A DNA stretch of 64,000 bases, taken from NCBI RefSeq assembly GCF_006345805.1, contig NC_043004.1:52080001-52144000 (forward strand), written 5' to 3'. Below are positions 1-13,010 of this stretch, one piece after another (position 1 is the stretch's first letter; the number at the start of each line of letters is the position of its first letter). This DNA is from Octopus sinensis. Lineage: Eukaryota. The position numbers and the translations under genes were made by a program. A model generated the notes under the pieces. That model did not search any database, had not been told where the DNA came from, and was given only the letters and a program-made list of their open reading frames with translations.

Positions 1-139
1 TTATCATTAACTGTCCAACGCTTTATTCTAAAACCTTATGCATATAAAGAGTGTTGAGTACTGCATAATAGTATGATTCGACTAAGCGAAATCATATACA
101 CTTATGCGTGTATATACATTTGTATATATATATATATGT

Positions 140-196
<57 letters not shown>

Positions 197-342
197 ATAT
201 ATGTATATGTATATGTATGGATATATATAATATATACACATATATATATATGTATATATGCACGATATATGTATATATATGCACGAATGTATCTATCTAT
301 CTCTCTCTCTCTCTCTATCTATCTATCTATATATATATATAT

Positions 343-665
343 CGTGGCACTCCATCGGTTACAGTTGATCCGATCAACGGAACATCCTGCTCGTGAAATC
401 AACGTGCAAATGGCTGAGTACTCAAACAGACACGCATACGTTGTTCTCGGGGGAAATTCAGCGTGACACACAGTGTGACAGGGCTGGCCCTTTGAAATAC
501 AGGTATAACAGAAAAAGGAAGAAAGAGTGAGAGAAAGTTGTGGTGAAAGAGTACAGCAGGGTTCACCAACATCCCTAACCGGAGCCTCGTGGACCTTTAG
601 AGAATCGAAGCTGCCCTCCTACGATCGCGAGTCCGCTGCCCTAACCACTGGTCTATTGCGCCTCC
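343..665 (-). mobile_element. tRNA-derived SINE, type A (tRNA-Arg-like head), internally deleted
   Basis: Reverse strand starts GGAGGCGCAATAGACCAGTGGTTAGGGCAGCGGACTCGCGATCGTAGG. Body is colinear with copies at 30569, 35716 and 47641. Confidence 0.85.
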
Positions 666-674
666 AGGTTTCCA

Positions 675-724
<50 letters not shown>

Positions 725-966
725 GTATAGATATATGTATATCTATATATATTAGAAGAAATGAGGTACTCAGAAAATCGGATGGTTTATATTTACAGAT
801 ATTTATTTGTATATTACATTTTTTATATACCATATAACTTAGATCATGTATTAGCGCTTTCTCCCATTCTAGTGGGGTTTTCAAATCAAACTAAGTTGCT
901 GTGTGAGGAGTTTTGACCATTTTATAGTGGTATTGAGTTTGTGGTGGTGGGGAGGAATATAAGACA

Positions 967-1066
<100 letters not shown>

Positions 1067-1135
1067 GTACATAATCCTATATATCAAATAGTAAATATGT
1101 AACGAAAGAAAAGTTTTACGTAATCACTTTGAAGT

Positions 1136-1211
1136 GCTTACAACTGTTTCTGCTCTAAGTGCTTGCACCTGCTTAGAGTTTCAATACAATACCCTTTACC
1201 TTCATCAGAGC
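1136..1211 (-). ncRNA. Degenerate type I hammerhead-ribozyme-like motif
   Basis: Minus strand: GCT-CTGATGA-AGGT...(hairpin CTCTAAG/CTTAGAG)...GCA-GAAAC-AGTT-GTA-AGC. Stem I is 3 bp (GCT/AGC) and the site is GUA. The first stem II pair is broken. Confidence 0.5.
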
Positions 1212-1407
1212 CATAAGCTAATATTTGCTATTTTCCATTTTCCTTTCGCCATACATTTTATTGGTTTATTGCCAAAAATACAAGGACATTGCATTCCCAT
1301 AACTCGAATATATGTGTGTGTGTGCATGTTTCCGTGTATACACACACACACATACATACATACATACATACATACATACATACATACATACATACATACA
1401 TACATAC

Positions 1408-1457
<50 letters not shown>

Positions 1458-2090
1458 CATACGTACATATATATATATATATACTCTATATGATGCTGAT
1501 GATGACGGTCGGCATTGCCGTCATTGTCATAAACATAATCCTCCTCGTCATCATCATCATCATCATCATCATCGTCGTCGTCATTATCATCGTCGTCATC
1601 ACCATCATCGTCGTCGTTGTCGTTGTCTTCGTACAAGTTTTCTTTAATTATGCCCATCGATCCTAATTACCTCAACTAGACTATTAGTCTAATTGCAAAC
1701 ATTTCTGTGCACTCATCGAATTTATCAGACTCCACCGTACATACACGTAAACGCCTACAAGAAAGCACACACACATACAAACACATACACACACAAATAC
1801 AGACACAAACGCACACACTCACGAACGCATACGCACAAACATACAGACATATACAATGGAATAGGTCTACCCATGCGCTCATACACACACATATGCTCAT
1901 ACACACGCGAACACAATTTTGTGCTTAGGCTTTTCAGGAAAATAGAATATATTTTACATGTCTCACTTCATGCTCTAACGCATACGTATGTATATATGTA
2001 TGCCTGTGTGACCGAATGGTTTTACGTCTATTTATGTGTATGCGCACCTGTACACAAAGCGATATAACACTAATCAAAGTCACACACACA

Positions 2091-2137
<47 letters not shown>

Positions 2138-2253
2138 GCATGCGCATACACACACCAACGCACACACAATCAAGCATATAAAGAGAGAGAGATAGAGAGA
2201 GTGACAGAAACTGAAACAGACATTGTATATATTCATCCACGTATGTCTGTCTG

Positions 2254-2328
<75 letters not shown>

Positions 2329-3061
2329 GTCTGTCTACATATATGTCTGTCTATCTATCTATGCATTCCATGCTCATGTATGCATGCATATTTATGACAA
2401 TACATATAAACAAATAGACATGTATATGCATATATACATCGATATATATATATATATTATATATATATATAGATATATATATATATATATATAATATATA
2501 TGTATGCCCATAAATATACATATATATGTATATATATATACACACACATGATATATATATAATACTATTATATATATTATATACATATGTATGCCCATTA
2601 AATGTATATTATATATATATATATGTATATGCATATGATATATATATATATATATATCTATATATATATATATATATAATAAATAAGTAAATAAATAAAT
2701 ATATATATATATATAATATATATATCATATGATTGTATATATATATATATATATTTAGATATGCATTTATAGAAATATGTGTATATTTATATCCAGAAAA
2801 TAGTTATCGATAAAAAAGCTTTGTGAACAGAACAGGCATTCTATATTGCTTGGTAATTAAATTTTTGTTGCAGATCTGAAAGATTTACTATATAAGAAAA
2901 CTGCAATTAGTTGCATTCTAAGTGCAAGTTTTCATGCAACATGCTTAAAACTGTCTCTAATTGCTGCTCCTTATGTAATCATGCATAACAAACGCACAAA
3001 TACATTGCTTCTGTATGTATGTTTTTAGAATATCCAACATAGATATGTTTCCATGCATATA

Positions 3062-3105
<44 letters not shown>

Positions 3106-3854
3106 TTCAGTATGCGGCAAAGTAATTTATTTTACTAAGCCCTTTTATATATATATATATCTATATATATATATATATATATATATGCGTGTATATGTAC
3201 ATGTAGAGGTAGGTACGTACATATATGTTTATATATATGCATATGTTCTATTTTATTAACACATATATATATGTATATATATGCGTGTGTGTGTGTGTGT
3301 GGTGTACATATACATGCATATACACATAACAACATGCACACAGACACTCATGTGTCTTTGTCAGTAAGTATACATATTCTTAGATGCAAACCTTCCCTAT
3401 TATTCAATTTGAATCATATGGTAATCGGATGTTATATACTCCACATGCTCTTGTGCGTACACATATTATTTATATACCGTTGGCTTTTTTGCAATATTAT
3501 ACAACTCTTTGAGTGAATGAAACATAGACAAACACAAACGACTCACACACATATAAACACGCACACACACACACGCACACACAGAGAAACAGTTACCCAC
3601 ACACCCACACAAACACATTCCTACATACATATACACACATACACGCACGCATATTCATAAGCACACAATCATACAAGCATATATATATTCATTTATAGCA
3701 ACAAACTCGTTTGTAGTTTTTTCCGCCTTAAGCTGAAAAGTATTTTAAACTCCTTTTCTGTTTCTTCCTACTTTCAGTTTCTCTAGCTATATAAATACAC
3801 GTGCACAGATGCATACACTGAACGAGTACCACAAAACACACTCCACATATATAC

Positions 3855-3906
<52 letters not shown>

Positions 3907-4273
3907 ATATATATATATCAGATTTTGTGTTCCTACTAGCTTTTACAGTGCGGAAATCCCAGGTTGCAAATTACGCAGTGAATATATTGTGCTGCTCTAG
4001 TATGGCTGTTGAGATATTCTGTAGGCACAAGAAGACTGCACTTGGAAACAACATGATCAATGGTTTCATTTTGTAGTTGGCATACACAACATGTTGGGCT
4101 ACTGCCGTTCTTTAATATGTTGGCCAGGTCGTTCCTTGTAGGTCGGCATTGATCTTGAGCTGCTATGATAAACCCTCTGTTTCATATTTTAAGTCTATAT
4201 TATTATTATTTTATTCTTATTATTATTATTATTATTATATTATTAGTATGATATTATTATTATTATTATTATT

Positions 4274-5056
4274 CAGTAGTTTATTTTATAGCGTGCTTTC
4301 ACTTCACTACCGAGCGCAGCTCTGTGTGCCTTGGGTATGCGCTGTGATTGTTGTGATGCTCTGATCGTTATTGTATGGAAAGTGTTCTGCGTAGGATGGT
4401 GCAGTGCCTAGTAGTCAATTTTCTGTATGTATATGTGTGTTTGTAAGTCCTGGTGTTTGTTATGTATTTGTCTGAATATTTTTTTATCATGCCTAATGCA
4501 CCTACTATGATAGGAATTGTTTCTGTTTTCAGGTTCCACATTCTAGTTACCTCTATTTCCAGGTCTTTGTATTTTGAGAGTTTCTCCATTTCTTTTAGAG
4601 ACACGTTGTCATCTGCCGGTATTGATACATCAATAGAAAGCATTTTTTTCTTCATGATCTCTGAAACTATATCTGGTCTGTTGGCCTTAATTTCTCTATC
4701 TGTGTGTATCGGCATATCCAGAGTATGGTTGCTTCTCGTTTTCTGTGACCTTTTCTGGTGTGTGCCTATACCATCTTTTTTCTGTTGTTATCCATAATGT
4801 TGGCATAGCTTCCAATGTATGTAGGTTCCAAACTATGTCATGTCTGTGAATATATTCCTTCTTAGCCAGGACTGGGCAGCTAGAGATAATATGATTTATT
4901 GTTTCTTGTCCATCTCCACATATTCTGCAGTTACTTGTAATATTTCTTTTCATTACATGTTTTGGTAATTTCTGGTGGGGAGGCTTTGGTCTTGTGCTGC
5001 ATTAAAAATCCCTGCTGTTTCTGCTTGGAGTCCTGAGCTTCTCAAACCATTGCTGT
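4274..5056 (-). mobile_element. 5'-truncated RLE-type non-LTR retrotransposon (R4/Dong/HERO-like), frameshifted
   Basis: Zinc knuckle CRICGDGQETINHIISSCPVLAKKEYIHRHD (ORF 4696-4953) and RLE motifs RPDIV, KLSKYKDLEIE, PIIVGALG (ORF 4368-4715). The 3' UTR runs into (TAA)n, and the 5' break also abuts (TAA)n. Confidence 0.9.
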
Positions 5057-5217
5057 ATTATTATTATCATTATTATTATTATTATTATATTATTATTATT
5101 ATCATCAGTATTATCATTATATTATTATTATTATATTATTATTATTATTATATTATTATATTATTATTATTATATTTTATTATTATTATTATATTATTAT
5201 TTTTATTATTATTATTA

Positions 5218-5260
<43 letters not shown>

Positions 5261-5405
5261 ATTATCATTATTATTATATTATCATTATTATGATTATTCT
5301 TATTTTATTATTATTATTATCATTATTTATTATTATTATTATTATGATTATTATTTTATTATTATATTATCATTATTATTATTATCATTATCATTATTAT
5401 TATTA

Positions 5406-5443
<38 letters not shown>

Positions 5444-5655
5444 TTTATTTATTATTATTATATATTATTATTATTATATTATTTTTATTATTATTATTAT
5501 TATTATTATATTATCATTTTATTATATTATTATTATTTTATTATTATTATTCTTTTATTATTTTATTATTATTATTATTATTTTATTATTATATTATTAT
5601 TATTATTATTATTATATATCATTATTATTATTAGTACCACCATTATTATTATTAA
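5054..5655. repeat. Long degenerate (TTA/TAA)n tract
   Basis: About 600 bp of interrupted TTA repeats. Confidence 0.95.
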
Positions 5656-5828
5656 GGTGGTGGCCAGGCAGATGCTTAGCGGCATTCTTCTACTTTTATG
5701 TTTTCTGTTCAAAATGCCGCCGAGTTCAACTTTGACTTTCATCCTTTGAATTCCAATGTAATAAGTAGTAGTTGGCCACTGGGGTCGATCTATTCGACTA
5801 GCCCGTCCCTTTAGATTTCAGGCCTTGA
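5655..5828 (+). mobile_element. SINE type C, degraded and deleted
   Basis: GCCGAGTTCAACTTTGACTTTCATCC...CACTGGGGTCGATCTATTCGACTAG matches the type C body of the 14484 copy. Confidence 0.7.
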
Positions 5829-6202
5829 AAAACAAAACACTGATGCATGAGAAAAATACGGAAGAGAAAAACAGAAAACCTGAGAACCTTGATAGAAAAA
5901 GAGGAATGAGAAGACAACCGATGATGATAGAAGAGAAAAAGAAAAACAAGAGCATACTGAAAACTAGAGTTACGTTCCCTTTGAACGTTGAAGTCATAAC
6001 TAAGACAGCTGGTGAAGAATAATTCAACCAGTTCGTTTAATCATGATTTCTACGGGCAGTGAGGACATAATTCAAGCATTCTTTCCTTATCTTTGAGTTT
6101 CCCTTTATATTCATCCATTATCCTCTCATTCCCTGTCTAGCACGAAATTATCGTCTTTTTTCATCGTGGTTTCTAATGTACCAGGGTCCTGTTTTTCAAT
6201 GT
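5825..6202. repeat. Old diverged inverted repeat (foldback/MITE relic)
   Basis: Arms align by eye along their length: TTGAAAAACA..AC.CTG at the ends, GGAATGAGA.GA.AA..GATGA in the middle, CTGGT/ACCAG around a centre near 6020. Confidence 0.6.
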
Positions 6203-8039
6203 GTCCAGAGCCAGAGAACTCTTTCGAGACCAAAGGCCTGTTGTACTTATGTACCTAATCACGTGAATCAATAGTGAGAAACCACTAGTAGCACTTATTT
6301 TCATACAGTGTACATTCAGTGATATTTATCGCATTGGAAGGGATACTTTTTAGCTGATCCTACCTTAGTGGAGTAGTAAGCAACGATATATATATACAAG
6401 ACAGTAGCACGCTAAGTGTGTGTTTTATATATATGCACAGGAAAACGGAATAATCCGTATATATAAAACCTGCTAGTATAAGTGGCATTGATCCTTTCGT
6501 ATTAAAATGTTTCTTATCATTTCACGTGTAATAGCATCTTTCATTCTCCTTCATTCTCTCTCATATATACATATATACATATATTTAGACACCCCCACAC
6601 ACTCACACACACACACGTACATACAGAGAGAGAGAGAGAGAGAGTTAAATATATGTGTGAATGTATGTATATATATATATGTGTGTATATATACACACAC
6701 ACGCACAAACACACATGCGCACACACACACACTCTCTCTCTCTCACACACACAGCTAGAAATATATTCTTATGTCTAATAAATGAAATATTGCATCAAAA
6801 AATATTTTTAAAAATCCTGTAACCAGTGATGTGTAACTACTTACCTATTTAATTATCCGAGAAAATAATTAGAATCTGCAGTTTAAAATTGAAATTCAAA
6901 AATAAAGACTGAAATGTTCGAACTCTTCGTAATTGTAAACAAAGGAAAAAGAAAATTAGGCCAGACTTCCTACATCACATTCTGAGCGTTCACCAATGCA
7001 CCTACATAAGGTTTCCATAAAACTGTCTTTGAAGCAAATATACAAAGCTACTTGAAGCGTTTAAAATTGAACATATTGGAAACAATAAAGCAATAATCTT
7101 CAAAAGAGAGCAGAATTAATAAAACAAAAGCAAGATCAATAATTTGATCAAGTTATGAACTGACGCATGAATCTCTATATGTTTATTAGACCTGCTAGAA
7201 ATGTCAGTCCACATTCTCATAATTTCACATTATTATCTTAAAATGAAATGGACACATTGAGTTACGTACACTTAGTTGCATTGCGTGGTTGCCTCTCAGA
7301 ATGGTCACTGTTGAAACGCTTTTTATAACTGGTTCGTACAATCACGTCTGTCTTGAAGTTAAACAACACCAACATGTAGATTTGCTCTACAGTTCTTATA
7401 TTATTGTTGCTATTGTCGTTGTTTTTGTTAAACCTGCCGTACCCTCTGGATGAGTGGACAAATGATCAAATACATTCTCTCATGAAGATCATATTCTTGA
7501 AAATCTGTCGCTACCTTTTCTGATATCTCTCTCTTGTTACAGATTCATAGAGGAAGTTAGTGATATAATGGAAAATCAAATTGCTCATTGCTATAACGGT
7601 CACTGCAAGCTCATAGATGGTTCATTGTTCTATAAAGTAGAGAGCATACACACACACACAAACACACACACACACACACACAAACACGCACACTCACATA
7701 TACATTTATGCTTAGGTATAGGGTTGATATATATGTATCTATGTATCAATAGGTCTCTTTCTCTCTATATATATGTGTGTGTATGTGTGTACATAATAAG
7801 TTTACGAGTTTAAGAGTTTAAAATGGTGGCGCATGATTTGATAGAAATAGGAATGAAATTTACCTCATATAAGAAGACAAAGTCAGAGAGAAAGGAATGA
7901 TATGATACATTGAAAAAGACATTCCAATGAAAAAGGAACATTGATGTTCAGAGCAGTCGAATGTGATTTTTTTAACGAGACATGTAGGATAATAAGTTAT
8001 GTTAGGAAATACAGTTATACTTCAACATTCCTGCCCAAA

Positions 8040-8560
8040 CAAACTCAAATATGAAATTCTTGCTGCAAGATAAACTTTATTCTCTGAACAGAAGTTGACA
8101 CCTTCAATATGATGAAGAATTAACGTGTCGGAGGCAAATCAGAAGTGTATTACTAGTGAATTGATGAGAGCCTGTATCGATGAGAGACGTTGAAACACTG
8201 CTGCTGTCACGAATAGAGCTGCTGGCTCCTATGCAATAAGGCGTTGAATTAGGAAGCTCTACAGATGCAAACTCAGTGTGCCTCTTTAGGATTAAAATGA
8301 GCAATTCAATACGTATGTTGATCTCAAATTCAAGAGAGAAGTCCACCATGATGGTGAACCCAGAGATGAATTATCGTCTGATACTCCAGGTCATAGTTAC
8401 TGATAGCAAGGACAGGAACGCATTGAATAGTATCTTAGCACAAACACTTCTTATGGTGGTCATGCTGAGGTATTTCAAAATCCTTTCAGAGTTCTTCCAT
8501 ACAGAACGGCAATTGCTGAACTAGATGTGTCGCGAATGCCACGTGATCTGCAAACCTCAT
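8040..8560 (+). pseudogene. Unidentified coding-like relic, possibly hAT (Buster/SPIN-like) transposase C-terminal region
   Basis: Non-repetitive, more GC-rich island with multiple stops. One frame gives HAEVFQNPFRVLPYRTAIAELDVSRMPRDLQ, loosely like the hAT C-terminal LFxNPFxV...ELxDLQ segment. Confidence 0.3.
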
Positions 8561-8998
8561 TTCTGGGATGAGTATTTACCATAATCTTATTTTAAAATTT
8601 GGCATATGGCACACATCATTCACTCCTTAGTCTCTATATTCATGTAATAATTCTTTAATCATTCATCAACATAGACAGACATATATCTATGTGTGCATGT
8701 GTTTGTGTGTGTGTGCGTGCATGCTTGAATGCTTGTGTGTGTGTGTATAGTTGTATTATATAATATATATATAATAATCATATATATATATAATATATAT
8801 ATATATATATGCGCGTGTGTATATAGATACATACTCAAACACAAACATACATATATTCACGTACACCTACTTTATGCATGCACAGGCATAAAAGCACACA
8901 CAACATATGCATAGACGTATACAATACACCACATACACACAAGCACACGCACAACATATATAAAAGAATTCACCGATATTATTGCTATCATTAACTTA

Positions 8999-9098
8999 NN
9001 NNNNNNNNNNNNNNNNNNNNNNNNNNNNNNNNNNNNNNNNNNNNNNNNNNNNNNNNNNNNNNNNNNNNNNNNNNNNNNNNNNNNNNNNNNNNNNNNNN
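8999..9098. other. Assembly gap
   Basis: Run of N. Confidence 1.
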
Positions 9099-9180
9099 TA
9101 CTTCCGGCACTTATTTCGATGATATCACTGGTATTATTCCAAAGGAATAAAATGTGTAAAACAATGTAATCTTCTCTTCA
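9099..9180 (-). ncRNA. Decayed copy of the hammerhead-bearing repeat seen at 21.1-21.4 kb
   Basis: Minus strand TGAAGA-GAAGATTACATTGTTTTACACATTTTATTCCTTTGGAATAATACCAGTGATATCATC-GAAAT-AAGT-GCC-GGAAGTA is colinear with 21291-21366. Core positions are mutated. Confidence 0.6.
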
Positions 9181-9334
9181 TACATACATACATACATACA
9201 TACTACATACTACATACATACATACATATTTTAAAAGATACCTTGTTGTTGGTGTTGAAATTACGATGAAGTAGCCTTGAATTTAGGTTAAAACGGGTAC
9301 TGTCTCTACTGGAAAGAAATCTTGGAATAAACTG

Positions 9335-9706
9335 AACAAGAGCACTCAGAGAGCGCAAACCTCCGCCAAGGCAACACCAACGTCTTCTCAAAGATTAGCC
9401 AGAGATGATTTTTAAAAGGAGAATATCTGAAATTAACTCAACTGCTTTCACAAACGACAATACTAAAAATGAACCCGACCGCTCCCGAAAATTAAGTAAA
9501 TAAACAGGAAAAAGTATCCAGAATCCTTGTCCGGTACCACAACGATGCCAAAATCTTGTCAGTTCGTGCCAGTCATGATGCAAAACATCAATGAAAGTTT
9601 CATTCAAATCCATTCAGCGGTTCTTGAGATATCTGGTCCACGGTCAAACAAACAAACAAACACCACTAAAAACAATACCTCCGCCTTAGCGAAGGCGGAG
9701 GTAATA
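9335..9706. mobile_element. Helentron-associated (HINE/DINE-1-like) non-autonomous element
   Basis: Perfect 12-bp hairpin TACCTCCGCCTT-AGCG-AAGGCGGAGGTA (9676-9703). A third copy ACCTCCGCC at 9359-9367 acts as a subterminal inverted repeat. Short (AAAC)n lies before the hairpin. Confidence 0.65.
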
Positions 9707-10043
9707 ATGACATACTTAAATACATACGTATACATATCATGTGATTTTACAATCAATTAAAATAAGACATAAATAATTACAGATTTACTAATTCCCGTAT
9801 TCAATGTGATTGTGCTGGATATACAGTGGGTAAAATATTTATAATCCAACACAGCAAACCCAGCTTTTACCCATCGGAAGAATTACATTGAAGGAATCCT
9901 AGTGCTACTTATAGCTCAATTCGGTTACGCCGTAACCTGGATTATAACTGAGTACTCGTACTTTACACTCTTTGATACTTTATCTCTAGCTATTCATTTC
10001 TGAGAGTGTATGTATATATATATATATATTCACACACCTGATG

Positions 10044-10098
<55 letters not shown>

Positions 10099-10348
10099 GT
10101 GTGTATTGATAGAAATAGTAAGACAACAAAAGAATGAAAAAGAGCGCGACATTATGTAAATAGAGGGGTTCTTTTCCTTTTGAACGGCAGTTTGTAACAT
10201 ATTTCGTCTAAAATTTCTTGCATTTCGGCAATTTTAACCAATCACTGGCGTCCATTTAGGTAAATAACATTCTGTACGTAATGGATATGTCCCACCTTTA
10301 AGAAACAGATTGGGTTTATTTGCATTTGTGAAGTAAAAAGATACCCTT

Positions 10349-10400
10349 CCCCTAACCCTAACCCTAACTAACCCTAACTCACCCTAACTCTAACCCTAAA
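10349..10400 (+). repeat. Short interstitial telomere-like (CCCTAA)n tract
   Basis: CCCTAACCCTAACCCTAACTAACCCTAACTCACCCTAACTCTAACCCTAA. Confidence 0.85.
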
Positions 10401-10803
10401 TCTAAAATAGATTGCAATGTAATAGATCGATACTAGGGTTATAATTATGGGTGAGAATTTCATACGACACCGCTATAAAAAACTTATACATTCGTTTACG
10501 AGTGTGGGGAACACAATGAAATACTGTATCATTTCTATATAGGAACTGGTACGATGTGATTTCAGGATATCGAGTCTGCCATATCTAGCATCTCACTAGA
10601 ACATGTAGTAGGCTCCATTACTCGTTCGTCTGCAATTGCAACGGTGGTCAAATATGCGTAAATAGAACAATTAATAAAAATAATTGTATACATGTCATTA
10701 TAAGTCATTAATTTTAGGTTACGTATGTATATATATCAGAACACATTCATTCATCGATGTATATATATATATCTATATATATATATATATAATATATAAT
10801 ATA

Positions 10804-10848
<45 letters not shown>

Positions 10849-10855
10849 TATATAC

Positions 10856-10900
<45 letters not shown>

Positions 10901-11559
10901 TACATATAATATATACACGCGCGCACACGTTTATAAATGGGATTTATGCAAGTGCATGTATATACAAATGCGTGTATATAGGTATGTGCACATATGTATG
11001 TGCATGCAAATACATAGATGCATCATATATATACATATACATATATATATATATGTATGTATATATACGTATATGTGTGTGTGTTGTAGTAAGAATCTAT
11101 GCCTATATGTACACTCAAACCTATTCATATACACATACGCGCGCGCACACAGACATACCCACGCACGTACATATTGTTCACTTGATTGTTGAACTTAATG
11201 GAGGACACGCCGAAGGAGTTGTAAACTGTGTATTATGTAGCGGCATACAACGTTGTGTTGTGCTGTATGTAGAGTGAAATGGTATGGCACGGTGATATGT
11301 AACATTAGTCTGTACAGTTATATATTGTGGTAGGATTTGATGTGGAGGAGCATGGTGGGGTACGGTATGCGGTATGCGGTACGGTGTGGGCGAGTAAGGG
11401 GGAAAATGAAAGCATGAAAGTAGTGAAGGAAAAAAACAGAAATGAAAAGCATAATCTTCACAAATTAACTAGGTTATTAAAGAATAGAATATAGCATTGA
11501 AGATGAAAAACGTAGCAATACTGAATTGTTCAGTTTTTCGTTTCATTTAGAGATGGTAA

Positions 11560-12440
11560 TTTCTGTCTGGTGGTGGCAGTAACGGTTGTGGTGATGTCGT
11601 TGTTGTTGTTGCTGTTGCTAATGGTAGCTGTTATGGTAGAGTTGTGCTGGTGCTGGCGATGGTGTTGGCGGGTGGTAGTGATGGCGGTGGCGAATGATGT
11701 TGACGGCGGTGTTGTTTATTTGCAGTTGTTGTTAATGGTGGTGATAGTAGTGGTGGTCGTGCTGGTGTTTTTATTGGTGGCGGTGGAAATGCTGATATCG
11801 GGGACTGTGGTGGTGGTGGTGGTAGTGGTGGTGATGATAGTTGTGAGGATAGTGATGGTAATGAGGGTGATGGTAGTTTTCATACTAGTGTGTGTGATGG
11901 TGGTGGCGATGGTAGTCGTGGTGGTCGCGGTGGAGATGATGTTCTTAGTCGTGGTTGTGTTATTAATAATAGTAACGTGGTGTGTAGTGGTGTTTCGGTG
12001 GTGTTGACATAGTCGATGGTGGTAATGGTGGTGTCAGAGATTGTGGCTGTGGTGATGGTAGTACTGATGCTATTCTCTTAGTATGCCGTGGTAGTGGTGG
12101 TGGTTGTGGAGGTAGTAGCGGTGATAACAGTGCTTGTGATGAGGATGGTGATGGAGGTAACGGTGGTGGCGTTTGAAGGTGACGGTAGTGTTGGTCATAA
12201 GTGGTAATATGGTGACGTGAAGTGATGTAGACGTTAGTAGTCGTTGAGGTGTTGGTGATCGTTGTGTTACTAGATTGTGGTGGTGGTGGTGTTTGGAGGT
12301 GGTAGTGTTTTTTTTACAATGGTATTGTGGTGCTATGAGGTGCAGTTCTTGGTGGTAGTGGTAGTAGAACTGGATACGGTGCTAGAGTTTGTGCTAGTGA
12401 TTGGAGATTGCAGCGGTAGAAGTTGTAGTAGTGGCAACCA
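11560..12440 (+). repeat. Degenerate GGT/GAT/GTT-rich low-complexity tract
   Basis: Strand-asymmetric G/T-rich triplet mosaic. ORFs here are poly-V/M artefacts. Confidence 0.85.
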
Positions 12441-12471
12441 TGTCTGGTCATGCTAAATAAATAATGGAATT

Positions 12472-12829
12472 CTTTTACTGGTTTTAGTCATTTTGACTAC
12501 GGCTATGCTGGAGCACCACCATGAAGGGATTTAGTCGAACGAATCCCCCCTACACAACAGAACTTTGTTTTTTTTAGCCTAGTACATATTGTATTGGTCT
12601 GTTTTGCCGAACCGTTAGTTACGGGGACGTAAACACACCAATACCGGTTGTCAAACGGAGATTGGGGACAGGCTTCTTTCAGTTTCTGTCTACCAAATCC
12701 ACTCAGAAGACTTTTGGTTGGCCTGAGGCTATAGCAGAAGACACTTGTCCAAGGTTCCACTCCATGGGACTGAACCCGGAACCATGTGGTTGGGAAGCAA
12801 GTTTCTTATCACACAGCCACACCTGCGTC
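12472..12829 (-). mobile_element. SINE type B (CORE-like, OR2-like), internal microsatellite deleted
   Basis: Minus head GCAGGTGTGGCTGTGTGATAAG..GGTTCCGGGTTCAGTCCC, CORE-like TTGGACAAGTGTCTT, tail GCTCCAGCATAGCCGTAGTCAAAATGAC. Confidence 0.85.
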
Positions 12830-13010
12830 CTTTCTACAATAGGCACAAAAGCTGAAATTTTAGGGGAGAGGGCTAGTCGATTACATTACCAGTGCTCAGC
12901 TGGTAACTATTTGACCCCGAAAGGATGAAAGATAAAGTCGATCGCTGAGGAATTTAAACACAGAATGTGAAGACAGACGATATGCCGCTAAACATTTACC
13001 CTTGCGCGCG
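12830..13010 (-). mobile_element. SINE type C, degraded
   Basis: GCGAGCTGGCAGAATC head, CTTTCATCCTTTCGGGGTC body. Confidence 0.75.

Noticed and set aside
5819-6240. CAGGCC...GGCCTG as hAT termini
   Set aside because: The left CAGGCCTTG belongs to the type C SINE tail, and there is no 8-bp TSD.
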